A DNA stretch of 64,000 bases from Candidatus Thalassarchaeaceae archaeon (lineage in GTDB: Archaea; Thermoplasmatota; Poseidoniia; Poseidoniales; Thalassarchaeaceae), in the NCBI GenBank assembly GCA_030747395.1, contig JASLKT010000001.1, forward strand, positions 4,661 through 68,660, read 5' to 3'. Numbering within the stretch: position 1 is the first letter of the stretch; every line of letters begins with the position of its first letter. Shown piece by piece: positions 28,730 through 38,959 of the stretch. Under the pieces are notes generated by a model. It saw only the letters and a program-made list of their open reading frames with translations. It made no database searches and was not told the origin of the DNA. Position numbers and translations under genes: made by a program.

Positions 28730-29526
28730 TCCTCTTCATCCATCTCAGTGACTTTAGGCTCCGGCCTTTCTCCAGAGGCGGGGAATGAAACCCATAGTAA
28801 AAACATGGAAATGAATAACAGAATCCAGCCAGATATGTCATCGAAATAAGGAGCGGGAACTGAATCTATTCGCTCCCCATTCAACCAATCCCAAATGATG
28901 AGTGTGTTCACGCGCTCTAAGGCCATGTTGCGTACGATGCCAAATGACATATTGCAAAGTTGTAGAATGGTGACAACAAATCCAACAGAACCCAGTGAAC
29001 GATTCAACCATGGCTCCCTGAATATATCGACATCAATCATTCGAGAAAGTCGCGAATCTTCTGTGCGCCACCAATTGATGATGAGATCCTCCGGTACATG
29101 CCCTTCATCCTCTACCCGTGAGGCCTTTCCTTTGGCAAGACCGTGCTCGATATAGTGAGATTTCAGCCGTGCGCTCCAAACAGATCCAAGCAAGGTTGCG
29201 GCTTCATCAGCCTCCTTACGTTGGCGACCCAATTCAGCACGAGAGGTTGAACGTAATATTTCCATCAAGAAACTCCACTTTCCTTGGTAATGAAGGAATT
29301 CAGGGCCTACAAAAATCAGTACGATAAAACCGACAAATAAACCGGCCCAAGTCCAATTTCTTAGATCCTCCAAATCGGGGTCCTGCGCACCGCCGAGGAA
29401 GAAGAAGTAAACGATGGCCCATATGACAACGCTCGCGGAAAGGAATGTTATCGTTCCCAATATGAACAAATGGCGGTCTCGTTGGCTTTCCCACCAACGT
29501 TTCATCGGGGCTAACATTCCACTCAA
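28726..29526 (-). CDS. membrane protein, unknown
   Basis: 266 aa, about 4 TM helices, acidic C-terminal EMDEEE tail. 4-nt overlap with the signal peptidase gene downstream. Confidence 0.45.
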   Translation of the reverse strand: MSGMLAPMKRWWESQRDRHLFILGTITFLSASVVIWAIVYFFFLGGAQDPDLEDLRNWTWAGLFVGFIVLIFVGPEFLHYQGKWSFLMEILRSTSRAELGRQRKEADEAATLLGSVWSARLKSHYIEHGLAKGKASRVEDEGHVPEDLIINWWRTEDSRLSRMIDVDIFREPWLNRSLGSVGFVVTILQLCNMSFGIVRNMALERVNTLIIWDWLNGERIDSVPAPYFDDISGWILLFISMFLLWVSFPASGERPEPKVTEMDEEE

Positions 29527-29603
29527 ATTACCTACTCCCTGCCAACAGCACCTGCTGACCTAAACCGCCGAAACTCTTGGCACTGTTGAGTGTTCGCCTT
29601 CAA

Positions 29604-29666
29604 CGGGCCCTAACGGGCCCGGAATAGTTTGAAAGCCGAGGGCGCCGGGTGTCGGCATAGCCGACA
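29604..29666. other. two GC-rich hairpins (CGGGCCC-TAAC-GGGCCCG at 29604..29621; TGTCGGC-ATA-GCCGACA at 29650..29666) in the divergent leader of the giant surface-protein gene
   Basis: Perfect inverted repeats read from the sequence. Region is markedly more GC-rich than flanks. Confidence 0.35.
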
Positions 29667-29687
29667 GGGCGAAGGGGCGGAAACCAA

Positions 29688-32600
29688 ATGCGAAAAGTTG
29701 CCATTTTCATCCTTGCAATCTTGCTCTTTTCCACAGCATTGCCTTTTGCATCCGCAGCTACTGAAACCCAATTTTCAGACGGTTCCTCAACGTTCACACA
29801 TGTCTTCAGTCAGGCTGGGGATGCGGCCACACAGGGTGTGACACTACCGTATGGGGCCGAAGTGAGTGATGTTGAATTTGAACTTGAAGGGTCATCTTCA
29901 ACACAAAGTTGGTTCAATCGGACGAGCAATGCTGACTTCGGTGGCCAAGGAACGACTGGATCAAGTCAATGGGGTTGGTCAATCAACCAGAATGGATGGA
30001 ACTATGGTTATCGCCAAAATGTCAAAGTCGACAATGGTGAACTGGAATTGCGCCCTACAGAAGAAACCACCTACTGGTCGATGAGCAATGCAAACGAGAT
30101 TGCATCATCCACTGGCGGCAGCATGAACACGACTGGAGAATACTTCTCAACCGCTGAAGCAGGTTACAACGGAATGGGGGATACCAGCACAAAGAGTATG
30201 TCCGGGGGGACTTGGAATTACATGGGCCCCGTCGTCAAACAAGGTGATGAAATCCATGTCATTCGATACGGTTCTGTTAGTTCCTACGGCGGATATCAAT
30301 TGAGTGCAATCAATCGATTCAATGCAACGACTGGAGCGTCCATTGGAACGGCTAGCATTCAATACAACAACTGTTCTTCAAACAACGTATACTACGTCAC
30401 CGATGCAACCAGTGATGGCGATGGAACTGTTTGGATGACTTCCTTCTACACGGGCACTGCCTATGGCGCGATTACGAACTGGTCGGTGACTCACTCAGGA
30501 AGTTCACTCATTTACAAGTGCGAGAGGTCGTGGACTGTTCTCGAAGTAGGTGGAATTTCCATTGACCCCATCACCGACAAAATGTACGTCGTACAACGGG
30601 TTCGACTGTCTAATCAATACACCATTGATTTGTGGGAAGTCAGTCGTAGTAACCCGAATCTGGCTATACAGACTTGGTCTCTAGGTGATTTATCCCATGG
30701 AGGGTCTACGACAATCAATAGTTATGTTAAACCAGCTGGACTAGATGTTCAAATGCCTCGAATTTCGGTCAATATTTACTGTTACTATTACTATTATTCG
30801 TATTATTGTGGTGAGGATCGGGTGTCATGGATGAACGTCTATCACCAACGCTCCAACTGGCCAGAATTGCAAGGTGAATTCCCCAGTTCTTACGCGAGTT
30901 TGGGGATTGAAAATATCGATGGAGAGTTGGCGACAACCTGTATGTATGGGTCGGTTACATCCTATTGTCCCAGCGCTACCACCATGCGGAAAATTACGAC
31001 GCGAGGACACGGTGCCACCGATTGGATGGGCACCCCAACATCAAATAGTGCCACGATCACATCGAGTATGCAAACACTCTCTCGTTCGGTTAGCGAACTT
31101 TCGCTTGGAGCTGCGATTACATGGGAACCAACGGGCACCTCAGTCGACTTTGAAGTTACAAACGATGGTGGAACTACTTGGAAGCGTGCCACCAGTGCGG
31201 GTCAAACGGTTACATTCACAAATGCTGGTAACAGTTTGGGGTGGCGGGCATGGCTCAACGGAACTGCTTCTGCTGCACCACTCATCGATACCGTAGGCCT
31301 CGCCTATGCCGCTACTTATGCCTCGAGTGGACAATGGAGATCATACCGTATTACATCTGGATCATTCCCTGATGCTGCGATGGTTTGGTGGAATGCCACC
31401 ACGCCAGGTGGAAGTTCTATCGATGTTCACTTCAGAGCTTCATCAAGTTGTACGAGTGGGACCAGAGTAAGCGTTCCAAGTTCCGGTTCAACAGTTACAT
31501 TTTCTCAAATGTCTGGAAGTTACATGTCTCTCTGCATTGACTTGGATGCTGGAACCTCCAATCAGTATACTCCGACACTATCCGACATCAACATCGCACT
31601 TTTCGAAAATGCACCTCAGGATGTCAAAATTGATATTTATGATACAGATTCTTCCACTCCTGTTAGTTGCACCATCCCTGAATATGAATGGGAATACGAT
31701 GGAACGCTCTTGGGTAGAACTACGGCGCAATCTTCGGGTGGGAACAATGATCTAGAAGATGCCTTCAACTGTATCGTTCCACAGTCAGGTTCTGGAACTG
31801 AAGTCGTGGGTGTGAAATTACACTCCTCCACTCAAGGGAAAGTCGAAATCAAATCAATGAGCATTGAATACACAATGGTGACTGTCAACCTTGACATTAA
31901 TTATAATGAAAATATGGTTCTCCACGAGCGTGGCGATTCTTATGAAATTGTTACCCGACATGTGATTGGGGACAATGCTCTGAGCATTACCAATGCTGAG
32001 TTGACCTTCCTCGCATCCCCGAATAGTGACGCACCAAAACTATCCTGGGCTGAAGATGGCACTCTTGTCGATGATGATCCTGAAGATTGGATTATTCCGG
32101 ACCAAGGTGGAACGTGGACGAATTTATCCAATGGCATCTTTGAAATCCACTGGATGTTCCGTGTTACAGATGATTTCCCAGAACAAAATAACGTCCGTTG
32201 GCGCATCAGTTGTACCGATGACAATGGCTTCTCACCAGCAACTCTAACGACAACTGATGCTGCAATCATTGTCAATCAATCGTATGGCCTCGGATGGTTT
32301 GCAATCCACGATGTTGAAGGTGAAGTCGTCAACGACGATGTGCAAAATGGAGATTGGGTCGTTGCAGGTGAGACCGTTTACTTCCAAGGTCAAGTCTGGT
32401 TTGCAGGAACACAAGATGCGCCTCTTAACTCAGTTTTCGATATCCGTGTCGCACGCAAGGACAGTCAGGGTGATTTCGTCTCTGCCAGTTGGAAAGACAA
32501 TTCAAATCCAAATGGAACATTCTTCATCTCTGTTGCCGTTCCGGACATGGATATCCCCGAAGGGGTGACATTTGAGGTCCAGGCTTACAATGTACGTGAT

Positions 32601-34823
32601 CCAACCAAAGTGATGCCAATTAACGAATCTTGGCAACGTACTTTGAGAATCGATGGTTCATCTCCTGAAATCACCGATTCTTGGCCTGCTGAAGGTGATT
32701 ATGAAGCAAGTTCTCCCGAACAACAAGTCGCTGTGACCATCTCTGATGCAGTGGGTCAGCCCGAATCCCTCACGCTCAATTATTGGGTGGAAGCGGACCA
32801 TGATACAAATCGGAATGGTGAACCTGACGTAGAGGAGTATGCGACACAAACTATGTCCAATTCAACGGTAGCAGAAGAGAAGGTGTTCTTCGGTATAATC
32901 GATGATTCCCGTAACCCCAACATGGCAAGGGTGTCCTATTTCGTATCGGGCCATGACCCTGCTGGGAATCTCATCACAGGAACCGATGGGCCTGGCTTTG
33001 CTTATGATTTATCCACCTACAGAACCCGCCAAGATATGGCATCTGTTTTCACCGGCTTGGTTTGGCAAGATCACATCGACGGAGCCGATGTTTACAGTGG
33101 TACAGACCAATCGATTTCAATCGGACTTGTAGATGCAAATGGCATTATCGATTTCGAATATATTGCACTGATTTTCGACTTTGAAGGACCCGATCCAGAA
33201 CGCGATCAACAACGCATCTCATACAATGGTCGAACTGATACTTGGTCTTCAGAAAGTGATTACATCGCCCTCCAACCAAGCAGCACTGCTGATGTCACGA
33301 CCAACGATACCGGGCTGCCTTGGATTCAAACGACATTTGATTTCCAATTCTCGTGGGATTGGCCTGATGAAGACATCTCTGATCTCGCACTTGAATACAA
33401 GGAACTGGGTTCACCTACACCTACACGAATCGAATTCATAGATCAAACATTCAGTGTTGAGAATGATTTGGTCCTAGATGCGTCAACATACGTTGTAGAG
33501 GATGTTGCTGAACCTCGAACGGGCCCTCTCGATGATGCTACACCCGTTCGACCTGATGATCGATTGCGATGGTCTGGACGAGTGGTGTTTGAGAGCAGTG
33601 GAATCCCTGCTCCAAATGACCTCGGCATTACTGTTGAGGTGTTCGATGGAGTGCAATATTGGTCCGATGGAAGCCTCACCGATGATGGTGCTTTCAGTAT
33701 CGAAGTCCCCCTAACTGCAGCCACAACCTTGCAAAGTGCAGAAACTCGAACATTCCTCACTGGAGTTCGAAATGTACCGGGCCGTGGCGAAGATATGACA
33801 CGCGATACTGTTGCAACTACATTGCAACTACAGGTCGACCACACACCTCCACGTGTCCACCATCGATTGTCTCCTGTCGATGTAATCGATATCTCCGCCT
33901 CATCAGATTTGACATCGATTCCAGTCCGATTTACGGGGTGGGAGGAATGTGTGCTGCTAGGCGATGATGACAGATGTGCCGCATTTAGCCAATCACCTCA
34001 ATGGGTGAATTGGGTGATGCGAGATGGTGCTAGAACAATTGCAGCTGGTATCTCTCCTCTAGCAATGCAATTGAATAATACGCATCTTGAATGGATTGGT
34101 GAAGTTGATTTGACCAGTGATGGTCTTGTCACACCTCGAAGTGGCTATAAGATTGGATTCTGGGTAACAGGGCACGATGCAGCTGGAAATGAATTCCCGA
34201 TGGCTGCAAATACTGAGAGTGACCCTGTTCGTGAGCGAGATGATTTGGATGGTGATCAAGATCTCGCATGGGTTCGTCTTGGGGCGACGGTTGCAGAACT
34301 TATCGTCAAGAGTGTGACACTGAATCAAGATACAGTTAGCGAAGGTACAGAAATCGAAGTCACTGCAATTATTGCCAACACAGGAGGAGTGACTGAATCC
34401 TCATTCTCTGTCCAATTTGTCACCGATGAAAAGGTGATTGATACGGTCAGAATCACAGGACTACCAAGTGGTGGTGAACATCGAATTACCAGCACCTGGA
34501 CTGCGACTGAAGGGGTTGATCGAATCACCGTTATTGTCGACGCTGACAATGAAATTGTTGAAGTCGATGAAGAAGGGAACTCGATGTCAGCCGGAATCTC
34601 TGTTGAATATTCGTGGGGCCTTGGATGGGTAGATAGTTGGCGACAAAATCCCCTCACCGTGATTGGAATCATCTTTGCTTTGGTTCTGATTCCTGTTATC
34701 GGTGTAATCACATGGAAAACCTCACTCTCTGGTTCAACCAGTCTCTATGATGAAGAACTCTTGTACGAAGATGAGGATGAGGATGACTGGGATGATGATG
34801 ACGATGATGATGGTTGGGAATAA
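29688..34823 (+). CDS. giant (1711 aa) secreted, C-terminally anchored surface protein with CARDB-like domain (adhesin/S-layer-associated type)
   Basis: Signal peptide MRKVAIFILAILLFSTALPFASA. Ser/Thr/Gly/Asn-rich beta-type ectodomain. CARDB-like module near the C-terminus (VTLNQDTVSEGTEIEVTAIIANTGG...FSVQF...VIDTVRITGLPSGGEHRITSTW). One TM (VIGIIFALVLIPVIGVITW) and an acidic D/E tail. Confidence 0.85.
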   Translation: MRKVAIFILAILLFSTALPFASAATETQFSDGSSTFTHVFSQAGDAATQGVTLPYGAEVSDVEFELEGSSSTQSWFNRTSNADFGGQGTTGSSQWGWSINQNGWNYGYRQNVKVDNGELELRPTEETTYWSMSNANEIASSTGGSMNTTGEYFSTAEAGYNGMGDTSTKSMSGGTWNYMGPVVKQGDEIHVIRYGSVSSYGGYQLSAINRFNATTGASIGTASIQYNNCSSNNVYYVTDATSDGDGTVWMTSFYTGTAYGAITNWSVTHSGSSLIYKCERSWTVLEVGGISIDPITDKMYVVQRVRLSNQYTIDLWEVSRSNPNLAIQTWSLGDLSHGGSTTINSYVKPAGLDVQMPRISVNIYCYYYYYSYYCGEDRVSWMNVYHQRSNWPELQGEFPSSYASLGIENIDGELATTCMYGSVTSYCPSATTMRKITTRGHGATDWMGTPTSNSATITSSMQTLSRSVSELSLGAAITWEPTGTSVDFEVTNDGGTTWKRATSAGQTVTFTNAGNSLGWRAWLNGTASAAPLIDTVGLAYAATYASSGQWRSYRITSGSFPDAAMVWWNATTPGGSSIDVHFRASSSCTSGTRVSVPSSGSTVTFSQMSGSYMSLCIDLDAGTSNQYTPTLSDINIALFENAPQDVKIDIYDTDSSTPVSCTIPEYEWEYDGTLLGRTTAQSSGGNNDLEDAFNCIVPQSGSGTEVVGVKLHSSTQGKVEIKSMSIEYTMVTVNLDINYNENMVLHERGDSYEIVTRHVIGDNALSITNAELTFLASPNSDAPKLSWAEDGTLVDDDPEDWIIPDQGGTWTNLSNGIFEIHWMFRVTDDFPEQNNVRWRISCTDDNGFSPATLTTTDAAIIVNQSYGLGWFAIHDVEGEVVNDDVQNGDWVVAGETVYFQGQVWFAGTQDAPLNSVFDIRVARKDSQGDFVSASWKDNSNPNGTFFISVAVPDMDIPEGVTFEVQAYNVRDPTKVMPINESWQRTLRIDGSSPEITDSWPAEGDYEASSPEQQVAVTISDAVGQPESLTLNYWVEADHDTNRNGEPDVEEYATQTMSNSTVAEEKVFFGIIDDSRNPNMARVSYFVSGHDPAGNLITGTDGPGFAYDLSTYRTRQDMASVFTGLVWQDHIDGADVYSGTDQSISIGLVDANGIIDFEYIALIFDFEGPDPERDQQRISYNGRTDTWSSESDYIALQPSSTADVTTNDTGLPWIQTTFDFQFSWDWPDEDISDLALEYKELGSPTPTRIEFIDQTFSVENDLVLDASTYVVEDVAEPRTGPLDDATPVRPDDRLRWSGRVVFESSGIPAPNDLGITVEVFDGVQYWSDGSLTDDGAFSIEVPLTAATTLQSAETRTFLTGVRNVPGRGEDMTRDTVATTLQLQVDHTPPRVHHRLSPVDVIDISASSDLTSIPVRFTGWEECVLLGDDDRCAAFSQSPQWVNWVMRDGARTIAAGISPLAMQLNNTHLEWIGEVDLTSDGLVTPRSGYKIGFWVTGHDAAGNEFPMAANTESDPVRERDDLDGDQDLAWVRLGATVAELIVKSVTLNQDTVSEGTEIEVTAIIANTGGVTESSFSVQFVTDEKVIDTVRITGLPSGGEHRITSTWTATEGVDRITVIVDADNEIVEVDEEGNSMSAGISVEYSWGLGWVDSWRQNPLTVIGIIFALVLIPVIGVITWKTSLSGSTSLYDEELLYEDEDEDDWDDDDDDDGWE
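30777..30815 (+). repeat. TAY/TGT codon microsatellite encoding YCYYYYYSYYCGE
   Basis: tactgttactattactattattcgtattattgtggtgag. Low-complexity Tyr/Cys tract inside the giant ORF. Confidence 0.6.
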
Positions 34824-34889
34824 TCCCAAGCATGATTCGGCGCATTGAAGTCACACGCTTACCCGCCCTCCCCCTACGGGGAGAGGGCG

Positions 34890-37800
34890 ATGTCAGTTTA
34901 CGAGAGCCTTTGTGAACCCCTTAAGGCCCATCTGGAATCACAGGGTTGGGTGCCAACTCCAATTCAGGAGGCGGCCATTGAATCGCTCCTTTCTGGGCAG
35001 GATCGTGTGCTTGTTGCGCCAACGGGTTCAGGAAAAACTGAGGCTGCTGTTCTACCTATTCTCTCCGCTTGTTATTCGCAGGAATGGGGGCCGATGTCTA
35101 TTCTGTATGTGACTCCATTGCGGGCTCTCAATCGCGACATCGACAGACGTTTGGAAGGACTGGCCTCGGTTGTGAATTTGAAGGTAGGATTGCGACATGG
35201 AGATACTACTCAATCAGAAAGAAATAGACAATCTCGAAAACCACCTCATCTCCTCGTCACAACTCCTGAAACATTGCAAATCATGTTGACAGGGAAAAGA
35301 CTCAGAGGGCATTTGCAAAATGTTCGAGCAATCATTGTTGATGAGGTGCATGAAGTTGCAGCCTCGGAAAGAGGTTCCCAACTTCTTGTCGGCATGACAA
35401 GAATCGAAGAGATGGCCAAGAGGGCCATACAGAGGATTGGACTTTCAGCAACGGTTGGAAACCCTTCAGAAGTTTCGAAATGGCTCTCACCTGAACGTGG
35501 TGAAGCCATCCTCGCAGATGCACCTCGAAATACAGAGGTACGCATCACTTGTTCTCAACCAGATGATGCCGACGAAGCGGTTGCATTGGAACACAATACA
35601 TCTCCACAAGCAATGGCGAGTTTGCGTATGCTAGCCGGGCGACTCAAGGCGGATGCCCCCTCTCTCGTGTTTGTCAACAGCCGCAATGCTGCAGAAACGG
35701 TGGCCAATCGACTGGCGACTTTCGATGAAACGTTGGAAATCGGAATTCATCACGGGTCTCTTTCAGCGGAATTAAGAACGGAAATGGAAAATCGATTGCA
35801 GCGTGGTGAATTGCACGCTTTAGTGTGCACGAGCAGTTTGGAATTGGGAATTGATGTTGGAGCCATTCGTCACGTTCACCAAATTCAATCTCCGCGAGCA
35901 GTGGATCGGCTCCTACAACGCCTCGGAAGAGCCGAGCACGTTCTCGGTGGTACAGGTAGAGGCGATTTAATCGCGTGGGAATGCGATGATATCGCCGAGT
36001 CTGCTGTGATTGCTAGAAGGGCCATAGCGGGACAAATTGAAGGGGTTCAGTGGCGAAGAATGCCGCGAGTAGTCGCCGCCAATCAAATGGTGATGATGAC
36101 ACTCTCAGAAGGGATTGTCCCCCTACCTGCTACAACAGCAATTTTTCAGAGAACTTCAATCTTCAGTGAATGGACTGAAACTGATACCCGTGAATTGGCA
36201 AGAATCCTAGATGATCGATGGCTTCTAAAATTGGTCGAGCAGCCTGAATCATCTGATCCACTAAAATGGGCCCCTTCGCTGTGGAGGGAACTTGTAGAGG
36301 GGACCTCTCTCCCAGCTGAAAGACCTTCAAAAGAAGAGATAGAAACACTGCCTTCTGAGAAATTAGAACGACTGCGCAAAGAAATGAGGGCATTGGTGCC
36401 CAAGCATCTCAAAGATGGGTGGACATCAGCGGGTGCTAGAACGCGTTCGTATATGCTGGAACACCTCTCAATGATTCCAGATGCCCAGAGATATACAGTA
36501 CGAGATGTTGTTTCTCGACGGGCAATTGGATCCGTTGATGAGGCATTCGTGCTGTCATTGAATAATTCCGGTGAAGAAACTGATGGGGCACCTCGGCGAT
36601 TCGTCATTGTAGGTCGCACCTGGGAAATTGTTGAAGCAAATCCTGAGAAAACGGAATTGCTGGTTGCCCCTGTAGGTTCAGGAGGTACCGCACCCGTATG
36701 GAGTGGTGAACTACCACCCGTACCTGCTGAAATCGCGCGAGAAGTTGGTGCATTGCGGAGAGTTATTCGTGAATTGGCCACGGGTGAAGAAAGTGAAGAT
36801 GTGGAAACGGGGGCACGCCTCGATCGAATCGGTGGGGCTCCTATATCGTGTGATATTGATGACTATCCGTTCGCCCCTGATGCATTATCAAAATTGATGA
36901 ATAAAGTCGTAGAGCATGTGGATGCTTCGAGCAGCCTTCCCGATGAACGAACTCTAGATGTGGAGACTCGACGTGATGCGGTCATCGTACATTCGTGCCA
37001 TGGGAGTCGAATAAACGAAACTCTGGCTCACTTTTTACAAGCGATGGCTTCGACCATCGAAGGTCGAATGGGACGTGTATTGGTCGACCCGTACAGAATC
37101 AGTTTGCAGGTTCCTGGACTCCGGGCAACACACGTTGTAGAGTGGTTGACAGAAACCAAACCCGAGAATTTGTCAACAATCCTCCGCGTGACTGTGCCAA
37201 ACGGAAGGCAATTGCGTTGGAGACTGGTTCAAGTTTGCAAAGTCATGGGTGTTTTGCGCTCGGGAGTTGATCCTCGAAAGGTCAACTTGCATGGAATCGC
37301 TCAGAGATACAAGGGCACACCACTGATGGATGAGGCCTTGGATAAACTGTTCAGCGAGCGAATGGATGTCGATGCGACAACCGATTTACTTCATGCCATC
37401 CAAGATGGAATTGTGAAAGTTGCACAACGATCACCTGGGGCACTTGGTGTATCTCCACGCTCAGAACGAGATATGCAATTGCCTGATTGGTCCAATGTAG
37501 AAGTGCGGCGTCGCCTCGAAAATCGTCTGATGAATGAACGAGTCGTAATGATTTGTTTGCGGTGTAAAACATCATCTCGTTTCAGGGTTGCAAGATATCC
37601 AAGCATTGAACGAAACTGCGGAATTTGTCAAGCATCCATGCGAGCCGTCGCTAGAGAGGGATTGGGAGATGAGTTGGCCAAATGGGTTGCTTCGGATGAA
37701 GACAATGTTCGCAATCGCATGATGCGCAATGCTGAGATGGTTCAAAATCGTGGTATTGACGCCATCCTTTGTCTCATGGCAAGAGGGGTTGGAGAGAACA

Positions 37801-37913
37801 CAGCAACGAGAATATTGCGTGCATATCCGCCAGAGTCCGAACGGGATTCATTGCTCAAAGCGATTCATGAAGCTGAAGTTCAATATGCAAGAACTCGCCG
37901 CTTCTGGGGTTAG
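34890..37913 (+). CDS. lhr: Lhr-like DEAD/DEAH-box ATP-dependent helicase
   Basis: Walker A APTGSGKTEAA, DEVH box (IIVDEVHEV), SAT motif (LSATVGN), helicase C region, C-terminal Lhr-like domain with a C-x-x-C...C-x-x-C Zn ribbon. ATG at 34890 preferred over the TTG at 34845. Confidence 0.8.
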   Translation: MSVYESLCEPLKAHLESQGWVPTPIQEAAIESLLSGQDRVLVAPTGSGKTEAAVLPILSACYSQEWGPMSILYVTPLRALNRDIDRRLEGLASVVNLKVGLRHGDTTQSERNRQSRKPPHLLVTTPETLQIMLTGKRLRGHLQNVRAIIVDEVHEVAASERGSQLLVGMTRIEEMAKRAIQRIGLSATVGNPSEVSKWLSPERGEAILADAPRNTEVRITCSQPDDADEAVALEHNTSPQAMASLRMLAGRLKADAPSLVFVNSRNAAETVANRLATFDETLEIGIHHGSLSAELRTEMENRLQRGELHALVCTSSLELGIDVGAIRHVHQIQSPRAVDRLLQRLGRAEHVLGGTGRGDLIAWECDDIAESAVIARRAIAGQIEGVQWRRMPRVVAANQMVMMTLSEGIVPLPATTAIFQRTSIFSEWTETDTRELARILDDRWLLKLVEQPESSDPLKWAPSLWRELVEGTSLPAERPSKEEIETLPSEKLERLRKEMRALVPKHLKDGWTSAGARTRSYMLEHLSMIPDAQRYTVRDVVSRRAIGSVDEAFVLSLNNSGEETDGAPRRFVIVGRTWEIVEANPEKTELLVAPVGSGGTAPVWSGELPPVPAEIAREVGALRRVIRELATGEESEDVETGARLDRIGGAPISCDIDDYPFAPDALSKLMNKVVEHVDASSSLPDERTLDVETRRDAVIVHSCHGSRINETLAHFLQAMASTIEGRMGRVLVDPYRISLQVPGLRATHVVEWLTETKPENLSTILRVTVPNGRQLRWRLVQVCKVMGVLRSGVDPRKVNLHGIAQRYKGTPLMDEALDKLFSERMDVDATTDLLHAIQDGIVKVAQRSPGALGVSPRSERDMQLPDWSNVEVRRRLENRLMNERVVMICLRCKTSSRFRVARYPSIERNCGICQASMRAVAREGLGDELAKWVASDEDNVRNRMMRNAEMVQNRGIDAILCLMARGVGENTATRILRAYPPESERDSLLKAIHEAEVQYARTRRFWG

Positions 37914-37928
37914 GAAGCCTCATGGACG

Positions 37929-38498
37929 GTGAGGGCAGACATCGTCCCGATGTGGTTTGGGTTGACTGGCCGAAATGCTTCGGGCAAGACCACTGTTGTA
38001 GACTGGTTGGTTGACAATGGCTACGTCTCAACCTCCTGTTCGGATTCAATTCGTGCGCACCTGAAAACACAAGGAAAAGAAATCAATCGAGACAATCTGA
38101 TTGCGGGTGGACGGGAGTTGCGGGCGGCACATGGTCCTGCCATTCTTGCTGAAATGCTGCGGGATGCGAATGGGGATGCAGAGAATCTTGTGATTGATTC
38201 GATTCGAACTCCTGCTGAAGTCGAAGCGTTACGAAAAAGACCCGATTTCAGATTGATTGAGGTTCGTGCTTCGCGTGAAGTTCGATGGAATAGATTGCAA
38301 TCACGCGGAAGAGACGGTGATCCAACAGATTGGGACACCTTTGTCGCACAAGAAGAATCGGAACTAGTGGCTGCTGATGATAGTGGGCAAGCGCTTGATG
38401 CAACGGCGGAACTAGCAGATATTGTAATCATCAATGATAATGATTCAGATTCATTGCAAGAATCGCTGGAACTGTTGCTCAGGCCTGCCGAATCGTAA
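37929..38498 (+). CDS. P-loop nucleotide/nucleoside kinase-family protein (CMP/dNMP-kinase-like)
   Basis: 189 aa, Walker A GLTGRNASGKTT, NMP-kinase-like DSIRTPAEVEAL and R-x-x-x-R LID-like segment (RLQSRGRDGD). Confidence 0.5.
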   Translation: MRADIVPMWFGLTGRNASGKTTVVDWLVDNGYVSTSCSDSIRAHLKTQGKEINRDNLIAGGRELRAAHGPAILAEMLRDANGDAENLVIDSIRTPAEVEALRKRPDFRLIEVRASREVRWNRLQSRGRDGDPTDWDTFVAQEESELVAADDSGQALDATAELADIVIINDNDSDSLQESLELLLRPAES

Positions 38499-38916
38499 GG
38501 CCTGCTTCACCCATCATCTGAGTTGACATTTCGAAGTCGGCCATCCAGCGTTCTGGAACTTCGCTCTCTTGTGGATAAACAACTTCAATGACACCTGCCT
38601 GAATGAGTGAACGTGCACAGCGCGTGCATGGTGGCCATGTCACATAGGCAGTACAACCCTTCAATGACAATCCGATTCGGGCTGCGTGCATGATTGCATT
38701 TTCTTCTGCATGGCAAATGAGCGGGTATTTCTGTTCACGATCGGAAAGGCGCTCCATATCATCAGCAATACCTCGTGGGAAACCATTGAATCCCGTACTT
38801 CGAATCTCACGATCTTCTCCGACGACCACACACCCTACCTTTGTTGAAGGGTCCTTGGACCAACCAGAAATGTGCTCAGCGAGTTTCAGGAATCGCTGGT
38901 CCCACTTCTCACTCAT
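38479..38916 (-). CDS. dCMP deaminase (zinc-dependent cytidine/deoxycytidylate deaminase family, ComEB-like)
   Basis: HAEENAI...PCTRCA zinc-binding motifs. Start set at MSEKWDQRFLKLAEHIS (typical family N-terminus), avoiding overlap with folC. 3' end overlaps the kinase 3' end by 20 nt (convergent). Confidence 0.75.
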   Translation of the reverse strand: MSEKWDQRFLKLAEHISGWSKDPSTKVGCVVVGEDREIRSTGFNGFPRGIADDMERLSDREQKYPLICHAEENAIMHAARIGLSLKGCTAYVTWPPCTRCARSLIQAGVIEVVYPQESEVPERWMADFEMSTQMMGEAGLTIRQA

Positions 38917-38959
38917 GACTTCACCAACCAATCCTAGGAGCCGTAGTGTTTGAGTCTTC

